Positions 51,586-64,000 of a stretch of 64,000 nt of DNA are shown here, one piece after another. How positions within the stretch are numbered: position 1 is the stretch's first letter; the number at the start of each line of letters is the position of its first letter. The notes under the pieces are model-generated. The model ran no database searches. It worked only from the letters and a program-made list of their open reading frames with translations, and was not told the origin of the DNA. A program made the position numbers and the translations under genes. The DNA is taken from the NCBI GenBank assembly GCA_010093705.1, contig MU006091.1:868001-932000 (forward strand), read 5' to 3'. The stretch is from Patellaria atrata CBS 101060. Lineage: Eukaryota.

Positions 51586-53624
51586 CTAGCCACCCCCAAG
51601 CATCTCCCCGACAACGCCCCCAATGGCGCCCCCAACCTCCCCAAAGAATATACTCTTAAGCACAGTCTCCATCTCGCCCTCGACCCACTCACCCGCCCTA
51701 ACCAGCCGGCCCCGCCACACCTCCCGCTCATGCTTCTCCAGCTCCTCCCACTTCCGCGCGCCCCCGCTCTTAACCGCCTGTTCCGCGTCGACGACCTCAG
51801 GCCTGACCTCCCTCTCAGACGCAGGGTCTTCATCCGGCACGAGAACGACGGCCTTGGCGTCCGACTGCGGCGTCCCCTCCCGCCGCTCCTTATGGTGCGC
51901 GTGCAGGTGCGGCATATGGTGTCTGACGAGGTCGCGCAGCGAATGGCTTACTTTAGCCACGGGCGGCGCATGGACGTCGACGTCGACGAAGTGTTCAGCG
52001 TTCTCGAGGGCCTCGCGGACGCGGTCGGCACGGCGTGCTTCGAGGACGCGTTCGCCGGGGGCTTTGAGGCCTCCTAGGGCGGTGCGGATGGAGGGGGGGA
52101 GGATGTTGAGGCGGGTTGAGGGGGTGTCGCCGCGTTCGAGGGCGAGGGCGTCTTGGTAGCTTTGGAAGAGGAGGGCGCAGACGAGGAGGACGAAGGCGGC
52201 GACGAAGACGGTGGCGGCCGTGTGGAGGTGCTCGGATACGTTTGGGGATAGGGTGTGGCGCGTGTCTGGGTTCTTGTCGATTGGGTCGAGGGAGAATGTG
52301 TCGATGACGACGGTGTTGCCCATGGATACGGAGGCTAGGCGGAGGTATTGGGGGGATGGTTTCCTGCGGATCTCGGATGTTGAAGGGGTTATGGGACGGT
52401 GGAAGGGCGACCAGACTATGCGCGTCATTTGGAGGGGGTGCACGTCGCGGAGGGTGATGTATTTCTTGAATTTGCTGACGGTGGAGGAGGAGGGGTAATG
52501 GTCGATTGTTAGCACACTGATGGAGATGTCCTGCCCTGCGACGGCGATGGCGATCTGGCGAACACCGGTGCGCGAGTCTGGGTCGAGAGGACAGACGTCG
52601 AGGCCAACGGCCGCTTTGACATGGCTTCCGAGACGTTTGCGTAGAGTTATCTGGCAGGGCCCTTCGGGGTAGAGGCGCAGGACCGACAACTCTGCGCCGG
52701 TCTTCTTATCGAGATTTGAGAGAAGGAGTAGGTGATCTGGAGATAGGAAGCGTACCGCGCGGAATTTAGATCGTTTCTTGGACTCAAAGACATCGGGGTA
52801 AGGAGTCTCGTAGACTCGCCGCGCCTCTGCGTTCTTTCCCCCAGCTTTACGCTGGACGCGAGTGATGTGAATGGAGTAATCTGTACAATACGCTACGGCG
52901 AATTCGTCTTGCCCTGTTTCAATGATATCAAGGTCGGCAGCTTCTTCACCCTCAGGAGGATATAATCGCTGAATTACTTCTCTTGAGGAAGGTGAAGACA
53001 CTGTCGCATCGAAGAGGACTATCTCCGCTTTGTCCGCCAGCCCTGTACAAATACCCCCGATTCTCTTACTTCCTGAAGTGCGTAAATGCGCCGGTGATAA
53101 CCGTATTACCCTCTGATATGTTTCGTTCTTGCTTGACTTCGGCGGGGACGCAAACAGCTGTGTCTTCCCCAGAAACTCAATCGTACCATCTTGTATCTTT
53201 TCTTCTGACCCTTGCGAACCCTTTGTCTTCAGGGGATACGACACGAGAAAGGATCTAAAGTGCTCATTCTTTCCCGCCTGAAGCTGTTTCTCACTCGAAT
53301 TGATACCCGCTTGTACTACTAACCCATCTTTAGCGGCGAGGGTTGCTAAGGAAGTCACGGAATCCTCGTCCCGGGAGAGTTCGATTTCGGCAGCGGACTT
53401 TATCTCAGTGCGGGAGGAGACGTCTAGGAGTGTCTGAGATAGGGCCAATCAGTTACAGGAACTGAGGGCGCAATGGTATTTGAACGTACAATTTTGTTAC
53501 CAACTCCACTTCGCCCCTCCCCTCCTCCGCCAGCTACGACGAGATAACCGCGACCGTACGGGTCGAAATCTGCAGCATATAGAGGATATGAGAGTGTGGT
53601 TTTGGTGAATGAAGGAGCAGGCAT
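51586..53624 (-). CDS. SEC12: Sec12/PREB-like Sar1 guanine nucleotide exchange factor; 2 exons
   Basis: YPLYAADF...VAGGGGEGRSGVGNKI K-loop region, beta-propeller body, LASVSMGNTVV, single TM helix. Confidence 0.85.
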
Positions 53625-54456
53625 GGCGGTCGGATGTACTTCGCGGCGGTTGAGGGACAATTAAGGAATAGATTTAGGTATGGAGCAGTTAGGGATAGCG
53701 AAAATTATCGTCGTATTAGAATAACTAGGACCCAGTGCACAGAATAATACTTTTAATATTAGACGTCCATACTGGCAAGGATGGATTACAAGGGAGGTGT
53801 ATATCGCTACTTGTGCTTTTGAGGTTGAGGTTCCCACCAAGGAATGCTAGAAAAGCAAGGCGACGTTGCTTTTTCCGTTCTACATCATCGTCGACCAGCT
53901 TTATTCCCCTTGATTTTGACCAAAACAGGTTCTAGGAGTGTAAAAATGGGCATATTTCCAATGACAAGTTTTGCATAGACAGTCACATCTCGCTGAGAAA
54001 CTCATAACTATTAGAGATCATGCTCAATTTTCTATCAAAGCCTCTACCATTTCACCCACTCTCTCCATCGCTGCTATTTCGTCGCTAGAATAAAAGACAT
54101 TAGCCATTCAAACTCCTCTGCCGTGCAAAAGTAACCATCCTGTCCCGACGTCTCCCAGTTCCTAAGACTGAAAATGCAGCCGAGATCCAAAGGTATCGAA
54201 CAGTGAGAGATGAGAAGAGTTACAGGATACGCGCTAATCTGGAATATACTCATTCGCTTTCCAGAAGTGTAAGTACCATCGATGCAAAAGCTTATGACTG
54301 CAAAGTGACAGTCATCCGCATCAAATTATAACCAGAGCATAAATGCGCCGCCGAAGACCTCGATTAGGGGATGACGTTGATCGAGTTTTGTGACCGTTCC
54401 ACTATGCAGGCCGACCATATGAAAAGAAGAAAAATGTTCAAAGAAGACTGGGCAAT

Positions 54457-57297
54457 TTACTGTCCACTACCCTTCCTGAACGATAGGAGCTGCGCGAGGC
54501 TTCCTAAGCTGCATCCATTCTTCAAGAAGTCCAGATTCATCAGCTCGCTCGCCGAAGCTCGTGACTTGACGTCGACACAGAGACAAACGCTGAGGAACTG
54601 CTTCAAATCCTTTGAAAGTTTCTCAGGTTTCTTAAGTCGAGGAGTACCATTGGTCGCGATAAGGTATAGTGCTTTCAGAGGTTCCTCATTCAAGTAAGGG
54701 GGTTCTGATTCGATCATTTCGATGGCCATGATACCCAGGGACCAGATATCAACCTTGTTGCCATATTCTTTCTGCTTTACAACCTCAGGAGCCATCCAAT
54801 AAGGCGTACCAACCATAGTCGCACGCTTGCTACGCTGCTCTGTAAGCTTAGCACAGAAGCCGAAGTCGGCTAGACAGGAAGTTAGACATGCTGTGGTAGA
54901 CTTATGCTTAAGCGTATTCACTTACTGATTTTAACGTTGCCTCTTCCGTCAAGAAGAACGTTATCACTCTTGATGTCACGGTGAATGATGTTCTGATTAT
55001 GAAGGTGCTGAAGACCCTTGCAAGTCTAAACCGAGAATTAGTAAATCATATCTTATGAAATGGTTAGATTAATGCTTACCTCCAAGCAGATAGTCGCTAT
55101 TTGCTCCTCGGATATGACGGGGTTGTTATCAATGACATCTGTTAAAGCACCACCCTCCATGAATTCCATAACAACCCACAATTCGGATTGTTCCTCCTGT
55201 AAGAATGCATCGAGGAAATTAACGATATTTGGATGCTTGCTATCCTTCATAACGATGATCTCGTTGACGATGAGCTCCTTGCGGGGTTGGTTACGTAGAT
55301 CCATCTGTTTGATAGCAACTTGGGCCCTTGGGCCATGCTCTCTAAGCAAAGACCTAGCAGTTGGCGATGGAGCGCTCTCGCGGATGCGTGCGACATAGAC
55401 GGATCCAGAAGCTCCTTGTCCAATCTTCTTCTGCTTGTTGTATGACTCAAGGGGCTTCTCCTTAGAAACAACTTCTCGTAGTTTGGCCATAACTTCACTT
55501 TCAGACATGCTCGACATGCGCACATCTTTCCTAGTATCGTCCTTCTTCGTTAGTGCAGCTTCAGCCTTCTTCACCGCATCATTGGTTACAGGTTGCTTAG
55601 CTTGCCCATTGCTGGGTTTCGGAGCTGTACTCGTTCCAGGAGCTCGGGTACTGGATGGCTGAGAGGTTGCACTAGCGCCATTTGGAGTACGTTGCCCTGA
55701 AGGCTGACCATTCGTAGCCTGAGGATATCGAGGAATTGAAGACTGCTGCTGGTGCCCCGGTGAGGGTTGTCTACTGGTAGCAGGTTTTTGAAATGCACCA
55801 TTCTGAGTCGGGGCGGATGGTGCAGTCCTCTGAGGATTCATCTGCCTGAGAGATCCAGGTGGTTGTTGTCGATCCCTAGAAGCAACGGGCGCTGATGGCG
55901 GGGGCCGGGATGGGTTATACCGAGATGACGGTGCGGATGGGCTAGGTTCTCTGTTTTCATCATTACCATAGCCGCCTATTTCCTGTTTAGCTAGAGGGAC
56001 ACGGGTTTGAGGAATGGATGCATTATATGCAGCTAGTTCCTCACGTTCTCTCCTTTCCGCTTCTTCTCTTGCCCTTTCTCGCTCACGTTGCTTTCGTGCT
56101 TCATCCTCCATTCGACGGCGGCGATCTTCTTCTGCTCTGGCATCTGCCGCTTGTTGTTGGGATGAAAAGGAGCTCGATCGTTCATGACGAGTCGCGAACG
56201 AGCCAGTGGGAGTGTGACTAGGGGAACCATAACTATCTTTACGTTGGAAACTACCAGGAGGATTTGGTCTTGGAGGGGCAATGCCACCAACACTAGCATA
56301 TCCCAACTGTTTATGGGTCTGTGGGTCTACAGGTGGAGTAGGTGTCAAGCTTGGGTATGCAGCTGGGTCTTCAGCACGCTTAACCATCTTCTCAGTGTAG
56401 AACTCGAGCGCTTCAAGCACTGCTTTTGGATTCTTTTGATAATCATCCTTTGTGATTGCGGACGCTGTCAGAAGCTTCTCCCACTCTAATGGTAGGCCAA
56501 CAAACGCTCCGCTTGTAGGATCGAAGCCGACATGGACACGATGTGTGAAATTGGTTGGGTTGCTCACACCACCCATGCTCGGGCAGCGTTGATAGATTGA
56601 ATCAATCCAGGAGTAAACCTCATCATCGGTCTCCACTTTGCATATCAGTAATTTGGTAGGACCATCTCGAGGTGGTGATCCGCCCGAGTTGGAGGAAACG
56701 GTTCGGTGGATCTCGAAGGAATATGGATAATCATCTGAGCGCTCAATGCTGGTCACATCTCGCAGCTGTACAGTAAATGACGCTCGGGATGTGTTGTTGT
56801 TCTTCAGAAAATCCAGTTGAGATTCGCGCAGAACCAGATACTTCTCTGACCAGATCATGCTCTTAAAGAGGCCCTCTTCTTTGATTTTTGCCCAACCGTC
56901 TTTGACCACCGAAAGGGGAGCATTGGATCTGTCCGTATTGGATCGAGTCAAATGGGGAAGGGAATTTGTAGAATTATTTGTTGAAGGGGATTGTAAGTTC
57001 AGACTAGACATGTTACCAGGCAGGTTATTGACGGCTGGTGTAAGATTGAGGCGGGGTCTGTCGGTAGGGGGCCTCGGGCCGGCACGAGGGTTCATGAACT
57101 GATCCGGCGTATACATACTGCAGGAAATTAGCAAGAGGTAGTTAGAAGACTAGATATTGCATTTGAGGTGGAAGGTCACTAGCAGAAAGGAAGTTTGAAA
57201 GGGTTGTTGAAGTGTCGGTGAAGCGAGTGTGTATCCGCAGTAGATATCCGTATGAACATACTGAAACAGCTTACTTTCGTGACTGTGATGAAGCCAT
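54457..57297 (-). CDS. CLA4: PAK kinase Cla4 (PH, CRIB and Ser/Thr kinase domains); 4 exons
   Basis: Short first exon MASSQSRN; PH domain; [49 protein letters not shown]. Confidence 0.95.
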
Positions 57298-58904
57298 GAC
57301 TGGAGCTACTGGTATTCCTTAGCAAGTGAGGCGATGTATTTGCCGTCCGTAAAAGAACGAGCGAAGTCTTGTTGATATGTTGGCCCCCGGCGAACGGAAG
57401 CTCCAAAGTAACCTGGGGTGAGCGAAAGATGGTAGTAGCTTTACGGATAACTGGGCCGCTAGTGAGCGATAATCCCAAGAGCGATTTGCGAATGTCGAAA
57501 CTGGGGAAGACTATTCTAAAGACCGTAATAAGGGCGGATATGCTTCAGCATAGGAGGTTGCCCTTGTTGAGCGGCGCAGTTGCTAGCCGAAAGTTGGAAA
57601 ACTGTATTCTATGTGAGCAGCTCATGCGAGTATATGTGAGTGGTTGAGAAAGGTAAATTTATCGTTGTCGCATAGAAAGTATCACAAGGCGGTTCATGAA
57701 GATGTTGGTGGTAAGAAGTTTCGAGGGCGTGAGGGTTGTAGTTGCTCAAGGCGTCCCGAAGTGGGATAAGGAACAATCAACAAGGGACCCGGAAGGCTTA
57801 ACGGGTCACCGCCTAGGCCTTTCTGTCGGGGGGAGAAGGTAAAGCAGGAACGGCAAAAAGAAAATAGGAGAAAGAACAAATAAGAAAGAAGAAAGAAAAT
57901 ACAGAGTACTGTAGCAACATACCTCGAACTAAACAGCTGGAGTCACCGAAGCCGAAGCTGAAGCTGAAGCAAATCTTCACCTGCCTCTTCTCTTCTCTTT
58001 GCGCCAGATAAGGAGAGCGATACAGGCAATACCTTACCCTATGCTGTACCTCCGTACGGTAAGGAGTACTCTGTACAGTACAGATCTGGTAGGATTCCCA
58101 GGCCGTGAGGTTCTCTTCCAGTATCGGACGACGTTTAGGGGCAAGGAGTCAAGCAGGCTGCAGACTCCGCACTCCAACTGCAGAGAAGAAAGTAGCAAAG
58201 CTGCAAAGGAATTAGCAACAGTGAACAGTCAGAACCGGCAGCGCTTCTGTACCGCTGAGGCAAAAGCTTGAGAGATGGAGACAAGTCGCCAAGCGCCTGG
58301 AGTTGCTGTTTAGCAAATGCTATAGGTCCGTCTCATCTTACACAACCACCAGATCCATCTGTTTCAGCTTGAAGGCGCCTGCGATTCATGTATGAGAAAC
58401 GTCGATTGGCATAATCTTCCACTATACTGTACAAACCCTCCAGGATATTTCCACCCGGTGAAACGGCACTAGATTTGAGATAGAAAGGTGGATAAGGGCT
58501 CGCCCTGATACTCATACTACTTTTCGAGCTGCCAATTCACTTGTAAAGTCATAATTAACGTCTCTCGGAAATGCATTATAAAGCATTCAAGCTACATTAC
58601 TAGACTGAAAAAGGTTCATATTGCGCTAATCATTTGTTCCAGAATACAGTACAAGTACACTTTGTACGATGCTCATCATCCAATTAGCTCCACCCCAGAT
58701 GATAAACGTACCATCTGTAAAACCGCTGCATGCAATGATGCAAATTGAGTATTCGAAAAGTCCTACCCAAAACTCCGATCAATCCCATTCCATCATATGC
58801 AGAGTAATCCAACCATGTTCGTAAGACGGGGTAAACCCGCGGTTTGCGAGATGAGTTACTCGTGTCGGCGCGATAAGTCTGATCCAGAAATCCCATGATA
58901 ATGT

Positions 58905-61111
58905 TCATTTATTTACTCCATTCGCGTCATTCATTGAAGGATCATCTCCCATGTACCTTTCCATGAAGCTGATATAGTCATACTTTGGTAAATCACGGTC
59001 TTCCTGCATATCTGGACCTTTATGTTCCGGCATACTGCTGACGAGATGTTCGATGAGCTCGTCTGGCACTAGAGAATGTCGAAGGTCCAGCTCCGTCACG
59101 TACGGCTACGTTTTGGTCAGTTTAAGCTCATTGTTACGTGCAGGTTGACAGATCCCAGCAGTATAAAACGTACCTTGCCGTCAGCCACTTCGCGGAAACT
59201 CTCAAACACCTGTTCAGCTGTATTCTGATCTTCAGTCTCATCAACCATAAACCTAATAAACTGCTCGAAAGTCACGTAGCTTCGACCACCACTTGTATCC
59301 AAAAATTTGTCATGCATTTCATCCTCATCGTATACTAGACCAAGACTTGCCAATGCAGCAGAAAATTCTAACTCGTGTAATGAATTACTCAGGTCACGAT
59401 CGAAGTGTCGGAAAACAGACTCGAATTCTTCTAGTTGTATTGGCGTTAGGTTCGTCATATTTCGAGCGACCATCTGATTTTCTAGAAATGCGAGTTTCTT
59501 CGATACGCTTGACTTGACAAGGCCTAGCTCATAATCTAGTTCATCAAGAGTGTACGTTGTGAAGTCGTTCTCCTCGATATTTGCTTCGATGCATTGTTGG
59601 TCAATGTTCTCAATTATGCCTAGAAACTCATCGAGTGGTTGTAGATTTTCACTCAATCTTTGCGTGTGTCTTAGTTGATCTTCAACGTCCCCTTCGAGGC
59701 CCGATATCGATGCTGAAAGTGTGTGAAGAGCGAGCGCGAAGTCATTCGCTTTGTCTGCAAAATTGCGTCTGAGGGCGTTCTTAATACTGCGTCTCTGGTC
59801 AGCACATGGTACCAATATTATGTTCGGACTCATACTCTCGAATTGCTTCGTTAATAATCTGACTTCTTTCCCTCTCGGCGTGCATCAGTCCTACCCATGC
59901 CTTATCTAACGCCTCTAAGCTGAGCTCTGCTGGTGGTTCGTACGGTCTGAGACGGTATGTGCTAAGCTTCGTTTTGATGTTACCAAGGAGATTGACTAGT
60001 TCTGATTTTTCGGCAACCCAGGCTCTCTTCGAAGTCCGCTTATATGCCGTGAACTGATTAAGCTGATGCTTTGCGTCTGCGTATGTTCCGTCGAATTCTG
60101 CCTCTTCCCAGTCTTTATGTTGCTTTGCAATATTGTTAAGAAGTTCCCTCATGCGTCTTTCAAATGAATTTTGCATCTCCCAAGCGCCTTGCATATTAGT
60201 CACGAACTTTTCAACTCGCCTTCCTGCATTTTCAACCCTTTCCATTTGAGAGAAAGCGTGGAACCAGTACGCAATATATGTCATAAGTGAACGCTCATCT
60301 GGCTTTGCTACGTCGCATACATCTTCCACGTCGAGCAAGTCGGGGATACCAATCTCCTTGGATGCAATATCGAATGCAAGCTGCATATTACCGCGGTGAT
60401 CATTCTTGTCGAGGGTCTCGTAATCGATGAGGTCCGGCCGATGAATGTCGAGAAGAGCGCAGCTAGACGAATCAGTTATTGCTTTTAAATATAGCCCACA
60501 GACGTCCATACAATGCAAGTCCATCATTCCAGCTTGTGGAGAAGTCTCGTACATCCACCCCATCGTAACAAGCTGTCTTTCTCTGGCACCAGAGCAGAAG
60601 GCCTTCTTTTGCACTCAAACCTTCCTCATTAATGTCACTGATCGTAAACCGTAAGATCAATGTCCAGATAAGACCCAATATGATTTTCCTATTACCGTCT
60701 ACGACATCTTCTGCTCCAATATTTGTCAATTGAATACTGCGCCCCTTGATAAAATCTAATGCTTTATTAACATTCTCAAATCGCTGTACTCGGAGCTTAG
60801 GTTTCGCTGCATATCTTCCTAGGGACTCGTTGCTTAGGATCTCGAGGAGATGTATTAGAATGACCTGGGACGGCGGGGTTAGTTTTAGACACAAGATGTA
60901 TGGGTGGAAAAGTTGACGCAGTACTCACCCCATCGGAGAGGTCCTTCACTAAATCTGCGATCTCAACATCTCTAATTTTCAATTTGCTGTTGAGCCTGGA
61001 GTTACGGCTCGAATTAGCAATTCGAGTCAGGTAGAGACGAATCCTAAGTACTAACCATTTGGTGAAGGTTTTCTGCTGCACCGTGACCCATTGTCCCTCA
61101 AGAAGCGCCAT
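58905..61111 (-). CDS. ain1: Alpha-actinin (two CH domains, spectrin-like rod, EF hands); multiple introns
   Basis: QQKTFTKWLN, IGAEDVVDGNRKIILGLIWTLILRF, LLLWCQRKT, KPDERSLMTY, C-terminal EF hands. Confidence 0.95.
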
Positions 61112-63882
61112 ATAGCCTGTGGTATTCGATAACTATGTACACCATATGTAAAGGACAATACATGTGTGTGTGCGTGTGCGCAAATAATTGTGTTGTGTTC
61201 GATACGAATATTTGAAGTTGTTGTCAGTTTTGTTGTCAAACAACGGGGGAAAGGTTGCAAGGGCCAATCGGCGCTGAACTAGCGCCACTGGCCCACCTTG
61301 TGGTGATGACGACGGGATAAAACGCAGGGAAGGGACACCCTGAAGCACATCAACGCCTTGGACATCAGTAAAGGTAGACGGGAATAATGGAACCTCGTCA
61401 ATTAACCTCAATGATTTCAAGGAACCCATCTTCCATTCTTGATTATTCCCCCTTCTCCAACCTAAGTCTTTTCTATCCATTCGACCAGTCTTGATCCGTA
61501 ACCTGTTCATTGTTATCGACGAGAAGCCTGTTCTAGTGTTAACTCAACATTCATTTTTCCATCTTCTTTCCTCCTTTCGTCGCAAGTCTGCGATATCCCT
61601 TCTGTTCAACTACCAAACTTCAAGCAGGTTAAGTTGGCCGATACCAGGGTCCATAGAGTGACAGTCGATTTTATTTTTTTCCAGGTCTAGGACAACCTAG
61701 AATGGAAGTAATCTCTAGAGAACAAGACGCTCAATAAATAACTTGGTTTCTACTCTCATTACATCTCTTATCCATCCAAAATCCTGCAGTATCCATTACC
61801 TGTCTCTCGTTAGCCAAAGTTTTGGCCTATTCCTTGTTAGAGACCTCACAGACAGCGGTGACGAGTCACTCCTTCAAATGCAAAATCGAGAGGAATGTTT
61901 TCTTCAACCCATCAAGGAGACTTTCGGATTTGGATGCCTCGCAGTTACAGTGCTAGTAGGCCTTTAACTGAGCTCATATCAAGATACATAGATTTGCATT
62001 ATCGACCATTTCAAAGGCCAAGTACCTCCGTGATCGCAGCATATCGGTCCTGAGACACAATGGAAAGATAACTCCGACTCAGCGTCGCTCGAAAACTGTA
62101 ACTTTTCGATCATATACCGCACGATTATTTCCTCAAAGGTCATATCTTCCGCCTTAGACCTTTTTGCGGATAAGGTATAAGACACCAAAGGAACGATAAT
62201 TGAGCAGGGCGCAAAAGATCAAGGTACGACATGGAAGACGAAATCATCTAAAAAAAAATAAAAAAAAATAAAATAAAATCGAGCCGCTTATCGAGCAGTG
62301 AACTTGAGCTCATCAGGTAGAGATACGACTAAAACACATTCAGAATGAAACGATCCGTTCTTAGCCTCTGCCCGTCTCACGGTACTTCCTACTCGTTATA
62401 TGCAATTGCTCTTGAACAGAACCCCCCAGGTCGTATAAAATGACTGGACTGTACAGAATGACTTGACGGTACAGTTGCATGATTTAAGCACCTGAAGGAG
62501 GTGTATGAATATCTCTAAGCATGATAGTTGAGCGCTAGATATACAGCAAGCTTTCAACAACCCACGAGTGCCAACCACAACAATAGGGGAGATGCTAACC
62601 ATATGTCACTAACCATCTTCCGCGCTATATCCCTCTATGGGGTATCCCATCCTCTCCATTGCTAATATTATATTAATAAAAGACCTCCGCAGACCCATCA
62701 ATATCATCTCTTCACGGACCAGAGGATACGCTCGCTACATACGCCCTTTCTATAAGCGTAGGATTAGACGCGGTGACGCGACGGGGAAATATCTGTCTGG
62801 TGGAAGGTAGAGTCATTTATTGACTATGCTCGTGGGACTTGGAAGTTTCTATACCTCAAGTGATCCATGGTTTGGTAGGTTGACCCAATATATCACACTG
62901 CGCGTCATTGTTTGTCCGCGCACCTGGGTGACGGGGAGAAGGGGGATACATACGAAGCAAAGGTAATGCTTGATATCCTCTAGTTTCTCTAACGACCCGC
63001 AAATACTACCTTAAAGTAGGTGCAACGGTGAACTCGCTTCACGAGGCCACATGTAGTCGGGAGCTTGCATAGGATTAGGTTGGTATCCGTCGACGCAGGT
63101 CCTGTAACGGTTCAGCCCAGTCCAGTAACCTCGCGCATGCACTGGGTAATTTCCAATTATTCCACACGGTATCTCTATCACACGACATCATCTATAACAA
63201 CAGAAAGCTTCTTCACCAGCGCTGCCCGAATAGATGGTACCGTACTGCTTGCCCATAACACCCTAATTTAAGTCAATATCGACAGCTCTTCTCGGTTACG
63301 CACAACTTCCTTCGACCCATAAAAACATATTAACTAACCCACCCACACTCGTCCCCAGAACTCGCTTCCGCACCAGAAAGCAGGATTACGGGCCTACGGC
63401 TCCCTAGACCCAATGACCACGCACCTGGGACCACGACAGTACCTCAAGGGGGGTTAGACACGAGATCGACGCGTCCAACATGCGCAAGGAAACGGGGAGC
63501 ATGCGAAGTCATCGAAAAGGGATGGCACAGAAAGCTCATCACAACTTTGGAACGCACGTCATGGACAGCGAGATTTGGAGTTTTGAATCGATCGATCAAA
63601 TTGATATATGACTACATTCGCAAACAGAAAGCCAGACCATGGGCCCATGGCGCCAGCATCCTGTGGCCCCGTTTGGGAAAGGCCCCGACTACCCCCCAAC
63701 CTGACGCTTATGCACACCGGAAAACAGTACATGAGCCACAACATCGCCCGTTTCACCCAGCTACCATAGCACGCCTCAAGATACGGTCCGACTTTTGTCT
63801 AATAAGCGATCCATCTTGAACCTTTCCAAAACTAATCCAAGCAGACAACAAAGACTCCTGTGCCCTTCTAATTTGTCGGGTT

Positions 63883-63908
63883 GAGAGAGAGAGAGAGAGG
63901 GAGAGAGA
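63883..63908 (+). repeat. (GA)n microsatellite
   Basis: gagagagagagagagagggagagaga. Confidence 0.85.
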
Positions 63909-64000
63909 AAATACGCCATTACCACTCTAGAATGCCTCTACCTAGGGGCTGAACATAGGGAAAACCTTGCAACGGTTGTTGCTCGCTAAAGACCAGCTCA

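Noticed and set aside
50749..52498. Long antisense ORFs over HPP and SEC12 (similar ones over URC1, the P450, BRE1 and BDP1)
   Set aside because: Shadow frames of GC-rich coding sequence
57298..57650. Open frames upstream of CLA4 exon 1
   Set aside because: No ATG in frame with the spliced CDS and no motif support; treated as 5'UTR
58030..58090. Clustered GTAC/TACAGTA words (also near 11795 and 50220)
   Set aside because: Common low-complexity intergenic words; no regular repeat-spacer structure, so not CRISPR-like
61112..64000. 2.9-kb gene-free tail, examined for transposon or RNA gene remnants
   Set aside because: Only short ORFs and simple repeats; no terminal repeats or transposase/RT motifs seen; likely promoter DNA

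Overview
Gene-dense, intron-rich chromosomal DNA from a filamentous ascomycete (Pezizomycotina): short GT-AG introns with CTRAY branch sites, one 100-N scaffold gap, and no recognisable transposon, CRISPR or rDNA. I can reconstruct 26 protein-coding genes and one tRNA-Gly(CCC). Most are housekeeping: P5B ATPase, URC1/urg1-like cyclohydrolase, ELF1, UPRTase, WAPL, RPS1, a CYP7-like P450, HAM1, FAP7, G6PD, RPL33, NDUFB3, BDP1, BRE1, BMT5, FYV10, RAI1, GET4, copper amine oxidase, SEC12, CLA4 and alpha-actinin. Main leads: (1) a divergent ankyrin-CorA / HPP-transporter gene pair whose shared promoter has a TCCGCGGA (NIT4-type) site inside seven GATA cores, suggesting an undescribed nitrate/nitrite-responsive module; (2) a 134-aa orphan with an RRNLF cyclin-docking-like motif and an APC16-like C-terminus; (3) an RAI1 intron that appears to need a non-canonical GG donor; (4) URC1 and UPRTase linked without URC4; (5) recurrent islands where the strand switches from C-rich to G-rich. 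Family calls come from motif recognition by eye, not database searches, and exon boundaries are manual predictions.
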